Source: Chiloscyllium plagiosum
Lineage: Eukaryota
Reading direction: 5' to 3'
Length of the DNA stretch: 64,000 nt
Assembly (NCBI RefSeq): GCF_004010195.1
Contig: NC_057759.1
Location: 1,681,069-1,745,068, forward strand
The position numbers and the translations under genes are program-made. Below are positions 38,380-52,863 of the stretch, piece after piece. Position 1 is the stretch's first letter. Each line of letters opens with the position of its first letter. The notes beneath the pieces were generated by a model. That model did not search any database, had not been told where the DNA came from, and saw nothing but the letters and a program-made list of their open reading frames with translations.

Positions 38380-41300
38380 TCATGTGAATCTGAATTTACT
38401 GCCTAAAAGATTTTTAACAGATAGAAAGGGAACAAAGCATTGGATAATAGAACGTTCAAAGAGTAACTTACAGAAGAAATAAGGAGAGCAAGAAAGGCAC
38501 GAGAAAACACTGTCAAGTACAAAGAGGCAGAATACCAAGGTATTTTACAGAGATATCAAGGGGAAGAGAAGAACCAGGCAGAGCCAGAGCCATTAGGAAT
38601 CAAGGGGACAATCTGTCCGTGGAGCCATACGATATTGCCAGCGTGTTAAATCATACTTCATATCTGTCTTTACTCAGGAGAATGAGGATCATACAATCAT
38701 ACAGGGCAGCACAGGCCCTACAGCTCCTATAGTCTGTATAACGAGAATCTTTCTGCTACCTACACGAGAGTCAATTTCCCCACTAGGCCCATACCCTTGA
38801 GTTTTGTGACACATCAAGAGTTCCTCCATGTACATTTTAATAGTCCCGCCTGAACGACTTTCCCATAAAGTACAACACAGACCTTCTGGGTGAAAACGGT
38901 TTTCCTCATCTCCCCTCTTGATCTTCTGACTTTCTGTTTAAATTTATACTGACGTTTCATTGACGCTACAACTAATGGAAACAGCTGTTTTCTATCCCAC
39001 ATTTCTAGGCCCTCAATAACCTACATCCCTCCACCAGATTCCTTCTCAACCTCTCTGTTCCAAAGATACCCACTTGAGCTTATCCAGCATCTTTTCAATA
39101 CTGAAGCGATCCTACCTACACAACATCTTGGTGAAACCCCTCAACACACTTTGCAGTGCAATGCATCCTTCCTATAATGTGGTGACCAGAACTGCACACA
39201 GTACTCCAGCTGCGATCGAACCAAAGGTTCAGTCTCTGACATGGATAAGCATCACAACATCCCTTTGTTCCTTTGAGCTTCCTAGTGGCTTGCCATTCAT
39301 TGAGCACTTCCTTCTTCGAACAAACATCACCTCATATGTCTCATGCTTAAAGTACACCGGCCACTGATCTGACCATTTAAACAATCTGTTTACATATCCC
39401 TGTAACCTAACACCTTTACACTCATTATCAATTATCTAGCCAGCTTTGCATCATCTCCAAACGTACTTATCTCTCTCACAATCTCATATTCACCATTGCC
39501 AAATATCACAAATAATAAGGGGCACAACACTACACATTGTATTCTGCCTCCAGTCCCACAAAGAACCTTCTATCACCATCCTCTGTCTCCTATAATTGAA
39601 CCAGTTTGCATCGATCTTGCCAAGGTAACTTCTATCCCATAAGCTTCGAACATCTTTCAGTTTCCCATGAGGAACATTGTTAAAGGCCTTGCAGAAATCG
39701 ATACAAAAAACATGAACTGCTCTCCCCTCATCCAAACACTGGTTCAACAAGGAACTAGGTGCAGAATTCTGGAGGAGGGAATACGTTGTCCTTGAGTAGA
39801 TTGACATAGGGAATGGGGAGATAAAAGAGATTTTGGAAGGTTTACAAGTGGGCAAATCCCCCAGATCTTCATCAGTTGGATCCCACGCCGCTGTGGGAGA
39901 TGAGGGTGCAGACCTCTAACTGAATATCCTAAATACTTTTCTGGACATAGCGGAGGTGCCAGAGGACTAAGGACAGCTAATGTGCTTCTATTTCTCAAAA
40001 ATATGAACAGATATATATCAGGAATTGCAGACTAGTGTGTTTACCTCAGTGGTATTATTAAATCAGGGAAACAACTAACGGCAATTCTGAAGGCCAGCAT
40101 TAATCTCCACTCGAAGAGGCAAGGTTTGATCAAGGATAGTCAGCGAGGCTCTGTCAGAGGGAGGCTATGCTGAACAAATCTGGTGGATTTTTTTCAAGGA
40201 GATGACCAAGTGTTCGGAATGGATTTCAGCAAAGCTTCTGACAAGGTGCAAAATGGAAGACAAATAATATGAGGGAAAAATAATGGCTCTCAGGGTAACT
40301 TGGCAAGTTGGATCCAGAATTGGCTTAGTAGCAGCAAACAGAGGAATGTGGTTGAAGACTGTTTGTGTGATTGGAGGCTGCTGTTCAATGGTGTACGACA
40401 GGGATCAGTGCTGGGGTTCTTACATTGCTGATATAATTAATGAGTTAGAAGAGAATGTGTGTGTTTGTATGCGCGTGCATCTCGGTGTCTATGTCAGGCT
40501 ACAGCCTCAGATGTTGAGGACAAATTACTAACATGGCTGGGAAATTGTTTAACTCGCAGGTGACAAAAAATAAGGATAATGGGTAGGATTTCAAATTGAC
40601 CGGATGTGACCAATGGTGTCCAATTTGGAAGAGGATTAAAGGGCCGAACGACCTTATCCTGTTCCTATAAGACCATGAAGGGTATGGATGGGATGGACAT
40701 AAACCAGCTGTTCCCGTTACCTTAAGGCTCAACAGGAAACCATTTCAAGCAGAGAGACAAGACAGTTGGAGAAATTTGCATTATTTATTAACTTGGATAA
40801 TGACATAGGAAGTCATATATGAAAATTGCTGATGACACATGTCAGAAGGCACTGAAGAGAGTGTTGATAACTGTATCAAATCATCAAGGGATGGTGATAG
40901 ACAAAGTGGATGAGTTAACCTGTAGCAGATGGATCTCATTGTATGGAAGTCAATGTCATCTATTATGGACTGAAAAATGATCGATCAAGATCCTTTTGAG
41001 TCCACACTGGGAGTATTGAGAGCAGATCTAGGCACCATATCTGAGAAGGCATATGTTAGGTACTGGACAGAGTATGATGTAGCCTGACAAGAACGACATT
41101 TTTACTACAGTGTTTAAGATATGAAGAGAATTTGTACAAATTAGACACGTTCTCTCCAAACTTTAGATGGTTAAAAGGTTATGTAATCAAATTCATTTAT
41201 TAATGTTCACAGAAAAAGACAGTTTATCTTAATCTACCCTATTTCCATTAGTTGGGCTTTCCAGAACAAGGCCAGGCCAACAGGAGAGATATTAGGAAGG

Positions 41301-41870
41301 AGTTATATACACAAAGAGTGTTTGGAACTCTCTTCTACGAATGGCAGTGGATGCTGGATTAGCTGTTAACTTTCAATCACACATATACAAAATTTGTTAT
41401 GACAAGGCATTAAGTGGACCAGACAAAGGCAGGTACGTGGAAACTTTCAGATCAGTCTTGATCTCATTGAATGATGGAAGAGGATTAAAGGGCCGAACGA
41501 CCTCATCCTGTTCCTATAAGACCATGAAGGGTATGGATGGGGTGGACATAAACCAGCTGTTCCCGTTACATTAAGGCTCAACAGGAAACCATTTCAAGCA
41601 GAGAGACAAGACAGTTGGAGAAAATTCGATGATTTTTTTATTCACTCAGATGGGTTTACGTATCTCGAATGGACACATGGGTTGGTAACGACAGCAGGAT
41701 GCGTCACAACATTTAACAAGCACTTGTCTGAGCACTTGGAATGTCATAACATTCAAGATGATGTGTCAAGCACTGGTAAGTGAGATTAGTGTACGGCAAT
41801 TAGTTTTGTTGGTGCAGACTCGATGGATCAAATTGCATCTTCGAAATTGCATAATTCTATGACTACATAA
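38380..41870. mobile_element. Cluster of nested, decayed CR1/L2 LINE fragments in both orientations
   Basis: DEGRAVHVFCIDFCKAFNNVPHG (ORF 39490-39855) and gatttcagcaaagcttctgacaaggt (~40222), with 3' tails at ~38700 and ~41860. Confidence 0.75.
40626..41623. repeat. 149-bp direct repeats (40626-40774, 41475-41623) flanking ~700 bp of LINE sequence
   Basis: Three mismatches seen between the copies. Confidence 0.92.
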
Positions 41871-43929
41871 CACCTGACAGCGAGACGTACGGAGGGAAGA
41901 TGAATCTGGTACGTCAGCAGCACACAGTTAGAAGATAGCAAAATGTTAGAAACCTCACAGATTTTGAAAACAAACGCTGAAATCTGAAACAAAGGTTAGA
42001 CATTTTGTAGAGAACTGATCAGGAAGGAGAGGTGAAACAGAGCAAAGGATGGACGTGGATTCAGATCCATAGTAAATGAATTACACTAGCCTCAGATATG
42101 GAAACTCTCACAGATAACTGGCATTGCAAGAAAAGCTCAGACCTGTAGAAAAATGGACAAAACTACTCACCACTCCAACAATTTCGCCATCTACAATGTG
42201 AAACCTCCCACTGGTGCCTCCACCATAAAGACATCAGAAGCACTGGACTCAGAATATCCCACATTTGGGGAAATCTATTGGGGAGCGGGTAATTTCACCT
42301 TTCAAGTGTCAGTGTATGATGACAGCACAGCCACAAACACAGAGCATTCTGGGTCTGTAAAAACCATTGATCACTCCCACATTCTGAAGGATGGGAGATT
42401 CCCTAAGATGGTGGACATAGCTTTTATCAGAAGGGTTCGAGGTTCAGGAATTTCGGTTACTTGGTTAAATTTGGGTAACTAATTGTTCTAAAGGATATGG
42501 CGGGGTGACAGAAGTGTCCAAGGTATTACAAACAGATCTACAAACACGGAAAGAGAAACTTCAGCCCATTGAGGGTGTGCCAGTCAGAAACAACCACCTA
42601 ATTATTCTCCTCCCATTTTCCAACACTGGCCCAGAATCTTGTACGCTTTGGCCTTTGACCCAAATAACTTCACAGGCAGTGAGTTCTCGTTTCCTACCAC
42701 CTTCTGGTGAAAAAGCTTTCTCTCATTCTTTCTAAATGCTTGTGTCCCTTACCTTAATCTATGCACCCTGGTCATTCATTCCTCCACCGAGGGGAGAGGT
42801 TTCTTCCTGAACACAGTGTCTGTCCAAATCTAAAGAATGAGAGTAGGAGTGGGCCAGTAAACCCTTTCAGCCTGCTCTGCTAATCAATAAGATCATGGAT
42901 GATCACCCACCTCAAATAGCAAGTTCTTGCTTTTCCTCCCACTTGCTTTGATTTCTTCAGCCAAATGCAATATTTAACTCGTTTTGAAACCACACAATGT
43001 TTGCCCTTGTCTGTTTTCTGTAGTAGTAAATTGCACAGGTTGACCACTCCCTGTGGGAAGAAATTTCTCGTTACCTCAGAACTAAATGGTTTCCCCATTC
43101 TATTCAGCTGTGACCCCTGCTTAAAGTATAGCTGTGGTCCTTCAAGGGACCATCTTCTTACTCTGATTATCCTTTCACTGTGAAAGTACTTGTAAAGTAA
43201 CTTGCTACTTTCTTTCCGTTTGACTGTCATACTCCGTTCAAGCCCCTGTTTTGCTGTAATTTCCTTTTCAAGTTATCCCTTCCACATTGGGTACTCCTCT
43301 TGCGCTTCTGTTGTCTTGAAATCTTCAGTACTTTTGAAATGACTAATTTTCTTCTTATCAAATCCTGCAATACATGCTTCATATAATTTGCTGTGCTCAT
43401 CATTTGGCTTCATTGGAACTCTTCAGATTTCCTTCTTCCATCTATCCAAACATTTGACATTCAGTCTACTCTGTCCAAATCACATTTGGCCTTCCACCAG
43501 TTAAGAATTTTGATTTCATGCTCAACCTTACACATCGCAACCTTGAATATAACTGAGTTCTGATTGTGGTCTACAATTACTCCCCCATTGTTATTTCAAA
43601 GAATTGCTCAGCTTCATTACAAAACATTAGGTCCAATACTGCCCCTTATCTTGTAGGGCCTTGCTCATACTTACTTTGAAAAGCTGCCTTTCCGCTTCAT
43701 CTAAACCTTTCACGCTATGACTACTGCAGTTAATATTTGGGAAGATAATATACTGGTTTGTTGTTTTTGCTACTAAGTTGATCACCTGAAATTTAGCCAC
43801 ATTATACTTTTTCGACTATGCATCTGCCCATTCGTACCATGCTTAAATCACAAATTTGCTTCATGGAGAAGTTATCCCATTCTAAGGAACTGGTAGAAAA
43901 TACCTCCTAGTCATCAACAATATTGCCCC

Positions 43930-44290
43930 CTAAAAACATGGCGACACCGCATCCCCACTCCCAAAAAAAATTACCTCTGCGCCTACGCCCTACCACCCAT
44001 TGTTTCCAAACAAGATGGCGACAGTGAAGTACAGTTTAAACTTCGCCAATGGCGACAAACAATGACATAAGGAAATCACATTGTTGTTTGTGGCTTACTT
44101 CACATCTTTATGAAGCCTTTCCATCCATCCCCCGAATCTAACCCTCGTCCTCCCGGATTGTTAATGGTCTGGGAGCCGCATGACACAGCACGCCTCCTCA
44201 GCTGTGACTCGCGCCACGCATGCTACACTCACACACGGCACTGATCCCGCGTGCATCTTTCTGCTCTGTGACTATGGAACAGTTATTGTC
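43930..44290. promoter_or_regulatory. CpG-enriched promoter-like island with three ATGGCG (YY1-like) motifs
   Basis: aacatggcgac (~43935), aagatggcgac (~44012) and caatggcgac (~44047), plus an NRF1-like tgcgcctacgc (~43978). CpG is locally elevated, and there is a minus-strand donor-like AAA/GTAAGC at ~44092-44100. Confidence 0.5.
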
Positions 44291-45669
44291 GATTGGCATT
44301 CTGGGTAGCCAGACCGCCATTGACTGTTCTATCTGCAGTATGTTCGCTGGAAGAATCGGTTAGCTCAGTTAGCTGGCTGACGTCGACCTGTACTTGGCTT
44401 TTGGATGAGAGGCATAAGTCCATTATAACTTTTTTTTTCTTATGTAACAAACGCACAAACTTTCACAATGTTCCAATTATGGTCTAAGTAGCGTGGCCCT
44501 GCACAGTTGCTTATTTTTCGACTTCCTTGCATTTGAAATGAAGGCCAACATTCCTTTTTCATTCTCTGCTCCCCACTAAACTTGTATCTGATTTAAACTC
44601 AAATTCCAATGTTATTTTTTTCATTTCGGGGTTTCAACCAATATGTGAATAGAAGTGTGATATATTTGGAAACTTTTCGGTACAAAAGCAGGCCTGGATA
44701 TATGATGGCTTTGGTTTTTCGGTTGAGTTTAGACGGCACCAGTTTACCCCAGTTTGCTATCTCGCTCTAATTGTGCAAGGCCCCTTCAAAGTCGATTAGA
44801 AGCAGGACAACACCGAACTTCTCAGGTGTCTTGGTCAACAAGACTATTGCTTCATCACAATGTTCCAAATCTTAACCCGCACCAAGATCAATAGTTTCAT
44901 TACATTCAGGTTGGCCTTACTGATTATTAGTTTCAGAGGCAGATGATAAATATCTAATTGACTCTTATGGCTGATCTGAATTCATAAGTTGTCAAATGTC
45001 TGTGCAAGGTCGTTTCATTACATTTTCTTATTATCAATTTTCTCAGATGAGGATAGGTTTAAATGTTTTTTACTTCTTTCTTTAATAGAATAAGGAAACC
45101 TTTCTCAATGAGGAGCTGGTGATTGATATCCATGAGCTTATGTATCAATCTTTCCTCAATATGATGAATTTCTCATTAAATCTCATTAAATCCTTAATTA
45201 GCATTGTGGTTAGCTTTCACCACAGTTGTGAGGAAGCATCTTGTCGAACTCAAAGCATAACTTATTCTCTCTTTCCACGGGTACTGTCAGGCCTGCTGAT
45301 GTTCTTCAGCGTTTTTGGTGTGTTCTTTTAATATTCAGTTTACAGAATCAAGTACATTGCATTTATTTGAGCATTTTGAGATGGTAATTTTCTCTTCTCT
45401 TTAATCAATACCTTGCACTCAAGCCTGATATTGCTACTGTGCTCTGACATAATGGATATAAGTTAACTTTTAAAGATAATGTAGAGATGTCCCTCATTAA
45501 AAAACATCAGTTAGCGCAACATATTATTTAAACAACTAAATGGCCTTTCTGTTTCTATTATACCACATCCTACCTGGGAAAATTCTGGAGGTTTTCTCGT
45601 TCATTCATAGGATGAGGGTGATTCTGGGTGATACAGTTTTATTTGGCCATTCCTAAATGCCCTGGAGAT

Positions 45670-48600
45670 GATGGTGCTGTCCACGACAACCAGGTTTTCT
45701 CAACTGACTAATCCCATTTGCGTGCATTTGGCCCATATTCTTCTCAACTATTCCAATCCATGCACAGATCCAAATGCATTTGAAATGTTGAAATTGTACA
45801 CCCTCTATCACCTCCTCTTGTTTCTAATTTCTAAATATGCACCATCCGCTGTGTGAAAAAAAAATGGCCATTTGGTTCCTTTTAAAGCTTTACCTCTCAC
45901 CTTAGACTTCTACCTTCCAGTTTTAAGCATGGAGAAAAGGACATTGGCTATTCACCGTCTCCAGCCCTCGTGAAAAAATGTCCCTATCTTTACAGTCTCC
46001 ACTTATAATTCAAACTTTCTAGTTTTGGTAACGTCTTTGTAAATCTTTTTTTTGCACCTTGTTTTTTTTTCCATATCATGGTTACTGGAATTGTATGCAG
46101 TACGTCAAAAGTGCCCTTACTTGCAAAGCTATAATATGACATCGTAACTCCTACACTCAACACTGATGAAGGTAAATGTACCAAACGGCTTCTTCATTTT
46201 CCAGCTGACATGTGATTGGACTTTCAAGGAACTATGTACCTGTACCGCTAAGTGTGCATATATGACGACACTCGCAAGGGTTTTATCATTAGTTGTGTAA
46301 ATCCTGTCCTGGTTTGTGTTACCAAAACGCAACACCTTGTCTTGGTCTGAATTAAACCTATTTGTCATTCCTCGGTCTACTGGCTCATTTGATCAAGATC
46401 TTGTTGCAGTTTTAGATAACACCCTTCACTATCTACGGTACCAACAATATTGGTGCAAGGCGCAAATTTTCTAACCATACAATCTATATTCTCATTCAAA
46501 TCGTTTATATAAACGACAAACAACAGTGAGCCCAGAACCAATCCTTGCAGCGCACTGCTGATTCCTGTCTGAACAACGATCCTCAACCACTACCCTCTTC
46601 CTCCGACTGTCAAGCCAATTTCGTATAGAACTAACTAGCTCTCTTTGGATCTTACGTGATATAGCCTTCACAACCAATTCAGTGCAAAACGTTCTTGAAG
46701 GCTTTGCTAAAATGCACATAGGCAACGACTACCTTGTTGTCTCCATCTCTCTCTTGGTCTCCTCTTTCAAAAACTCAAACAAATATGTTAGGAACGATTT
46801 TTCATGCACAGTCATGCTGACTATCTATAATCCATCCTTGTCTTTACAAATGTATGCAAATCCTGTCTCTCAGAATTCCCTCCAACAAGTTACCCATCAC
46901 TGACATCATACTTAGTAGCCTACAGTTTCCTGGATGGTCCTTACCACCTATCTTAAATAATGGCAGCATGTCAGCCAACTGCCAGTTTTCCGTGACCTCA
47001 CTTGTGACAGTAGATAATGTAAATATATTTGCAAGGTTTCAAGCAATCGTTTCGCTTCCCACAAGTTCTGGGATACACCTGCTCAGTCCCGAGGATGTAT
47101 CCTCCTCTATGCCTTTTATGACTGCCCATACCACCATCTCTGTTAAATGGACACATTTCAAGATATCAATATTTCAATCCCAAAGCTGTCTAGATTCCAT
47201 ATCCTCCATCACAGTAACTATGGATGTAAAATACTCGTTCAGAATCTCATCCATCTCCTGCGGTTCCATGCGTAGGCAGCCTTGTTGATCTTCAGGGAAC
47301 CTATTCTCTCCCTTGTTACTTTTTTAAACCTTTCATGTATTTGCCGAATCACTTTGAATTTCCATTATCCGTACTTGCCAAAAATAGTTCATGCCCCCTT
47401 TAGCTTTTCTGATTTCCCTCTTGAGTATACTCCTGCTGCCCAAGGAATCACTCGATCCCCTCTGTCTATACCTGATATAATTGTTGTACTCCTTCTTCAG
47501 CAGAGCCTGAATTTATCAAGTCATCCAGCATCCCGAAATGTACTAGCCTTACCCTTCAGACTGAACACAACATACTGTCTCTGGACTGCTTTGTCTTATT
47601 TTTGATGGCCTCCCATTATCCAGTTGTCCCCTTACCTGTAAATATCCGCTCCCAACCAACTTTTGAAAGTTCTTAAATAATACCATCAAATCGGCTTTCC
47701 TTCAATTTAGAGTTTTAACTTTTGTTATCACGTCTATCCTTTTCCATAACTGTCTTAAAACTAATAGAATTCTGCTCATTGGCCTCATTGTACTCCCTCA
47801 CTGACACATCAGTCACTTACCCTACATGATTTCCTGAAAGAAAAACAAGTTTTGCTCCTTGCCTAGTAGGTAATCCACTAATGAATAATTTAAAAAATTG
47901 TGCACCCTTAACAAGTTCTTCTGCTTTCAAGTCCTGAACATTATGGCAGTCCCAGTATATGATTGGAAATTTAAAAGCCCCTTCCATTACAAAACGATTA
48001 CTCTTACACATAGCGGAGATCTCCTTTCAAATTTGCTTCTCAATTTCGGCAGGCTTTTGTGAGGTCGACAGTGCTGTCCCAATTTGCTGATCATCCTGTT
48101 CTTACTTCGCGGTTCCACAGAAGTAACTTCACAGGAAGTTCGCCACGAAATATCATTCCTAAGTGCAGTCATAATGGTTACCATGACAATAAAGCCACTC
48201 CCCCTCAGCTCTTGCCCCTCCCACTTTATACCCTTGACAAAGCATCTATGTCCTGGAACACTGAGCAGTCAGTCCTGTCCATTCCTGAGCCACGTTTTTG
48301 TAATTGCCACGGTGTCCCATTCCCATGCTCTCGACCATGTCCTGAGTTCATCCACCCTTCCTGTTAGCTCTCCTGCATTGAAATAAATGTAGTTTAATTA
48401 ATCAGCCCTTCCTCATTCTCTGTATTGCTCCTGCCTGCCTTGACTGTTTGACTTGTTTCTTTTCTCAACTGCATCAGACTCAGACAGAACTGTTTTCTCA
48501 ATATCTCTTTGGATCCCAGCACCAATACTGACATGCACCTCAGACCCCAAACCCCACTCCCCCTTCTGCCATGAGTGCCTCCAACAAATGTCCCTGTGAA

Positions 48601-49225
48601 TGCATTAATTCCCTTCCAATTGGGTGCAACCATCTTTATTCTACAGGTCACTTCTGCTCCAGAAGAGCTTCCAATGATCCAAACGTACAGCTTAATCTTC
48701 CTTGCACCAGCTCCTCAGCCACACATACAACTTCTCTATCCTCCGATTCTTACTCTCAGTAGCGTGAGGCACCAGGTGTAATAAGTAATGTTATTAACGT
48801 GGAAGGCCGACGTTTTAGGCTCCTTCCTAATTTCCTATGTGCTCTCTTCAGAAACTCTTCCTTTTCTCTTCCTATATCATTGGCGTCAACGTGTACAACT
48901 CCCTGCTTCTAGTCACTACTCCCTTCCCTTTGTGAATATTGTTCACTCTCATCGACCACACCTTGACCCTGACAGCAGGGAGGCAACACACCATTCTGGT
49001 GTCTCACTGGCAGCCACAGAAACGTTTGTCTCTGCCTCTGAGTAGAGTCCCCAGTCACAATTGATCGCTTGGGACCTGAATTACCCCTTGATACATTAAA
49101 GCAACTTTCTGTATGAGAATGTAGGCTTTCAGTGTCAGATTTCCCTGAGAGACCATCATCTCCTACATTTTCCGAAACAGCATACTTGTTTGAAAAGGGG
49201 ATAGCCTCAGGAGACTCCTGCGCTA
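45670..49225 (-). mobile_element. Long decayed CR1-type LINE (ORF1 region, endonuclease, RT, 3' end)
   Basis: RT motif QGLVLGSLLFVVYINDL (ORF 46377-46586), endonuclease-like GAFKFPIIYW (47817-48011), and an esterase-like ORF1 region at ~48500-49100. Confidence 0.9.
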
Positions 49226-49355
49226 CCGAGGAGAAAGTGAGGACTGCAGATGCTGGAGATTAGCGTCGATAAGTGTCGTGTTGGGAAAGCCGAGCAGGTT
49301 AGGCAGCATTTGAATTGCAGGACAGTCGGCGTTTCGAATAAAAGCCCTTCATCAG

Positions 49356-50285
49356 CACGTTTGCAGATGACACCAAAATTTGAGGTGTAGTGGACAGCGA
49401 AGAGGGTTACCTCAGATTACAACAAGATCTGGACGAAATGGGCCAATAGGCTGAGAAGTGGCAGATGGAGTTTAATTCAGATAAGTGCGAGGTGCTGCAT
49501 TTTGGGAAAGCAAATCTTAGCAGGACTTATACACTTAATGGTAAGGTCCTAGGGAGTGTTGCTGAACAAAGAGACCTTGGAGTGCAGGCTCATTGTTCCT
49601 TGAAAGTGGAGTCGAAGGTAGATAGGAGAGTGAAGAAAGGATTTGGTATGCTTTCCTTTATTGGTCGGAGTATTGAGTACAGGCTTTGGGAGGTCACGTT
49701 GCGGCTGTATACGACATTGGTAAGGCCACTGTTGGAATATTGCGTGCAATTCTGGTCTCCTTCCTATTGGAAAGATGTTGTGAAACTTGAAAGCGTTCAG
49801 AAAAGATTTGCAAGGATGTTGCCAGTGTTTCAGGATCTGAGCTACAGGGAGAGGCTGAACAGGCTGGAGCTGTTCTCCCTGGAGCGTCGGCGGCTGAGGG
49901 GTGACCTTATAGAGGTTTACAAAATTATGAGGGGCATGGATAGGATAAATAGAAAACGTCTTTTCCATGCGGTCTGGGAGTCCAGAACTAGAGGGCATAA
50001 GTTTAGAGTGAGAGGGGAAAGATACAAACGAGACCTAAGGGGCAACATTTTCACGCAGAGGATGAGACGTGTATGGAATAAGCTGCCAGAGGATGTGGTG
50101 GAGACTGGTACAATTGCAACTTTTAAGAAGCATTTGGATGTGTACATGAATAGAGAAGGTTTGGAGGGATTTTGGCCGGGTGCTGGCAGGTGGGACTACA
50201 TAGGATTGGGATATCTGGTCAGCATGGACGGGTTGGACCGAAGGGTCTGTTTCCATGCTGAACATCTCTATAATTCTATGACTCT
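49356..50285 (+). mobile_element. Young CR1-type LINE 3' fragment nested in a Penelope-derived repeat
   Basis: ORF 49465-50403 MEFNSDKCEVLHFGKAN...; tail ttctatgactct; flanked by ATCAG (49351-49355, 50286-50290). Absent at the paralogous site (~29125). Confidence 0.95.
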
Positions 50286-51516
50286 ATCAGGAATGTTCGA
50301 CTGTCCTACTCCTCGGATGCTGCCTGGCATGCTGTCCTCTTCCAGCTCCACACTTTTGATTCCTGCATTCCCTGCCTCCCTCTCCTATCTTTCCCAGAGG
50401 TAAGCCAACCTACATAACTGCATCTACCTTCCTGAATCTGCCCATTCATCACATCTTTGGCTCCTGTAAATTCCTTATTGCCTCTTTCTGCAGATTCAAT
50501 TGATCCTTGTTCATCAACCAGAGTACATAATTCAAAGGCCATGTTTGCACCTAACCTAGACACTCAGAAAATACCAAGTCTTACTTCTCGAGGATAACTA
50601 AAATACTTACGTTTTATGCTTTAAACATTTAATCAAGAGTCGGTTTTATATAAAACATCAAAAAGCCCTCAGGCTACTTACTTCAATAGATTTACAAAAA
50701 AGACAAACATTCCGATTTATAACTTTATTTTATAAACCTTAAAACAACCATTTAGCTCAGGCTGTGAAACTCTGTTACACCCAGCTGTGAGTAGTTCCAA
50801 TATTGAAGTGTATGGAAGGTCAGCTGATAAATTTCACTGTGTTTTTTTTTTGGAACCAGCTCCTATTTGCAGACAAGCTTGTGATTTCAGTCTGTCACTG
50901 TGAAAGTAGACAGCTTGGTCTTTCATTCTTTATCGTTGAACTCGAAATCCGTTCCTCGACCTCCCACGTGGTCTCTCCCGGTTCTATGACTCCTGCTCTT
51001 TCTGTTACTCCTGTTTAAAATATCGTTTTTTTTTCACTTTTATAATGTTCAAAACACAAAGCAACATCTTAAAAACACTAATAACTGCTCCAAACAAATG
51101 AGGAAATCAGCTTCAGCAGTGAAGAAAAAACCTACAAGAAGAGCAGCTCTTACAGCCACGATTCTTTCTTGGCCAACATAGGTGGAACGTTGACACATAA
51201 AAATACCATAAATAATTCCTTCGGCTTGGTCTGCCATTTACCTTCTGTTGTCCAATAGTTACACAATGTGAACAGTTAGTTCCCCTTTCAGTTCAACGGT
51301 ATTGCTTGTATAAGTGTTGTCCTGTCACATTGCAGCTAATGAGATGGGCTTTGGAGAGTGAGGTGCAACCATTATTACTCAGAACATTGAGTATTTATCT
51401 TAGCTATTTTTAACAAAAGAATTCTCTGTTATTCTGTACATCATGCAAACTCTGAAAATATCACCTGAGGCTTGGAACCCCTACGAGACTTGCATAACTT
51501 TATATTCTCTTGATAG

Positions 51517-51590
51517 CAAACGACTCATTGTAGCATTCACATTGACCGGATGTCACTGTCATTATTACTTCAGTTGCTCCATTTGCAGAT
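51517..51590 (+). pseudogene. Candidate leader exon (74 bp) of the BTN/B7-like gene, right copy
   Basis: ttctcttgatAG ... GTgctt. Reads MSLSLLLQLLHLQ. Confidence 0.4.
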
Positions 51591-52365
51591 GTGCTTTTCA
51601 AAAGAATAAATGCACATTATTCCATTGGACTCCAAATAATCCCAGGCATGGATTTGTGTCCTGATGTTGTTTAGAGCAGATGACTAACGTTGTCTTAGAA
51701 ATACATTTATTAGTGGTCACAGCATATGGATGTGTTTAGAGACCACATACAGGAAAATAGGACTGGCAAACACTAATAATCTATTCTGAATTGATGTGCA
51801 GTATGTGCTTACCACGCATAAAGAAAAGAAGTTGATGCAGTGAATTTGGGACCTTGAACTTTCGCCCATTAATCAACTGAAGGGTCTTAATTCTGACTAT
51901 GGATTGGAAACAACTTTATTACCAAACACTCACTCCATATCATGTTTTTCTCTTCTAATGCTTTCATCCGGAAGGCTCATGAAGTGGTTGCCCTTATTTC
52001 AAGGGGGTTGGAGTATAAGAGCAGGGAATACTTACTGCAACTGTACAAAGTGTTGGGCAATCCGCATCTGTAGCACTGTGAGCAATTTTGATCCCCTTAC
52101 TTATGGAAATACAGCATTTCTTTGAACGCAGTTCAGAGAATATTCACTCACTAATGTTCCCGAGTATGGACGGATTTTCTCATCAGCAATGGCGGGACAG
52201 GTTGTGACAGAAGTAAGCGTTGGAGATATTCAACTGGTCTGGCAGTGTCTGTAGAGAAATAAAACCTGAGTTATCATTTGAGCCTCCAATATCATAAGAA
52301 TTAGGATCAGGAGTAGGCCATTCGCCGCATTGATTGTACTCTATCATTCAATAGGATCTAGTCAC

Positions 52366-52863
52366 TACATTAACAAAAGGATGTGGATGCTTTGGAGAGA
52401 GTGCAGAGAAGATTTACGAGGATGTACCCTGGTATGGAGGTGCTAGATATGAAGAGATGTTGAGTAGTTCGAAAAAAGGAGATTGAAGGGACACCTGATT
52501 GAGGTCTACAAAGTCATGTAGGGTATAGACAGGGTAGATGGCAAAGCTTTTTTTCCCAGCACGAAGGACATTAATAACGAGAGGTCACGCTTTCGACGAG
52601 TTTAAGGGGGATACACACGGCAAGTAATTTACACAGATGGTAATAGGTGCCTGGAACGCGTTGTCAACAGAGGTAGCCGAGGTAGGCACGGTAGATTCAT
52701 TTAAGATGCATCTGGACAGATGCATGAGTAGGTGGGGAAATGAGGGATACATCTGCTTAGGAATTGGGCGACAGGTTTAGACAGTGGATTTGGATCAACT
52801 CACGTTTGGAGGGCCGATGGACCTGTTCCTGGGCTGTAAATTTTCTTTGTTCTTTGTCCTTTG
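52366..52863 (+). mobile_element. CR1-type LINE 3' fragment, right-arm specific
   Basis: gagagagtgcagagaagatttacgaggatg core and ttctttg-type tail, flanked by GTCAC. Absent at the mirror position (~27190-27200). Confidence 0.85.

Noticed and set aside
42153..42482. 109-aa plus-strand ORF
   Set aside because: No recognisable domain. Splice signals favour a minus-strand non-coding exon.
44355..44400. ggttagctcagttag as a tRNA gene
   Set aside because: Only an A-box-like head is present, with no B box or cloverleaf. It is probably a SINE fragment. The HE1 SINE heads were likewise not called as tRNAs.
49465..50403. Longest ORF (312 aa) as a host gene
   Set aside because: It is the C-terminus of CR1 ORF2 reading through into 3' UTR and flank. 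The same applies to ORF 936-1685.
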